DNA of 64,000 nt from Cetorhinus maximus (lineage: Eukaryota). Every line of letters starts with the position of its first letter. The stretch's first letter is position 1. Under the pieces are notes generated by a model. The model ran no database searches and was not told the origin of the DNA. It saw nothing but the letters and a program-made list of their open reading frames with translations. The stretch is from contig NC_135886.1 in NCBI RefSeq assembly GCF_964194155.1, positions 23,870,001 to 23,934,000 of the forward strand, given 5' to 3'. Shown here piece after piece: positions 63,895 through 64,000 of this stretch. A program made the position numbers and the translations under genes.

Positions 63895-64000
63895 AAACAT
63901 AGGAACATAGGAGCAGGAGTAGACCATTCAGCCCTTCGAGCTGCTCCACCATTCAACTAGATCATGGCTGGTCATCTACCTCAATGCCATTTTCCCACGC
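63895..64000 (-). mobile_element. CR1 3' end running off the window
   Basis: aacataggaacataggagcaggagtagaccattcagccc. Confidence 0.8.

Noticed and set aside
1-64000. Most of the short ORFs in the track as genes
   Set aside because: They are antisense or alternative frames of repeats, or random ORFs in intronic DNA, with no recognisable domains.

Overview
Vertebrate genomic DNA, most likely from a cartilaginous fish (inferred from the Deu-SINE, CR1 and Penelope repeat landscape). The window lies inside a + strand CELSR/Flamingo gene, probably CELSR1. I found only one coding exon (45366-45588, EGF-like repeat running into laminin-G1), so the flanking introns appear to be >45 kb and >18 kb. The rest is intronic and dense with decayed elements: CR1, L2 and Tx1 LINEs, Deu-SINEs, a Gypsy remnant, a solo LTR, a hAT-like MITE and many PIF/Harbinger-like MITEs. 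The strongest signal is two Penelope-like (GIY-YIG) retroelement families whose terminal repeats each carry their own minimal type-I hammerhead ribozyme motif (about 19 copies, mostly decayed). These occur as solo units and as fold-backs, including a nested palindrome with two ribozyme motifs on each strand. Other notable items: a single-ORF LINE with a tRNA-SINE head plus its short derivative, a Harbinger MITE built from covarying hairpins, and two local inverted templated duplications. All calls were made by eye; no searches or folding programs were run.
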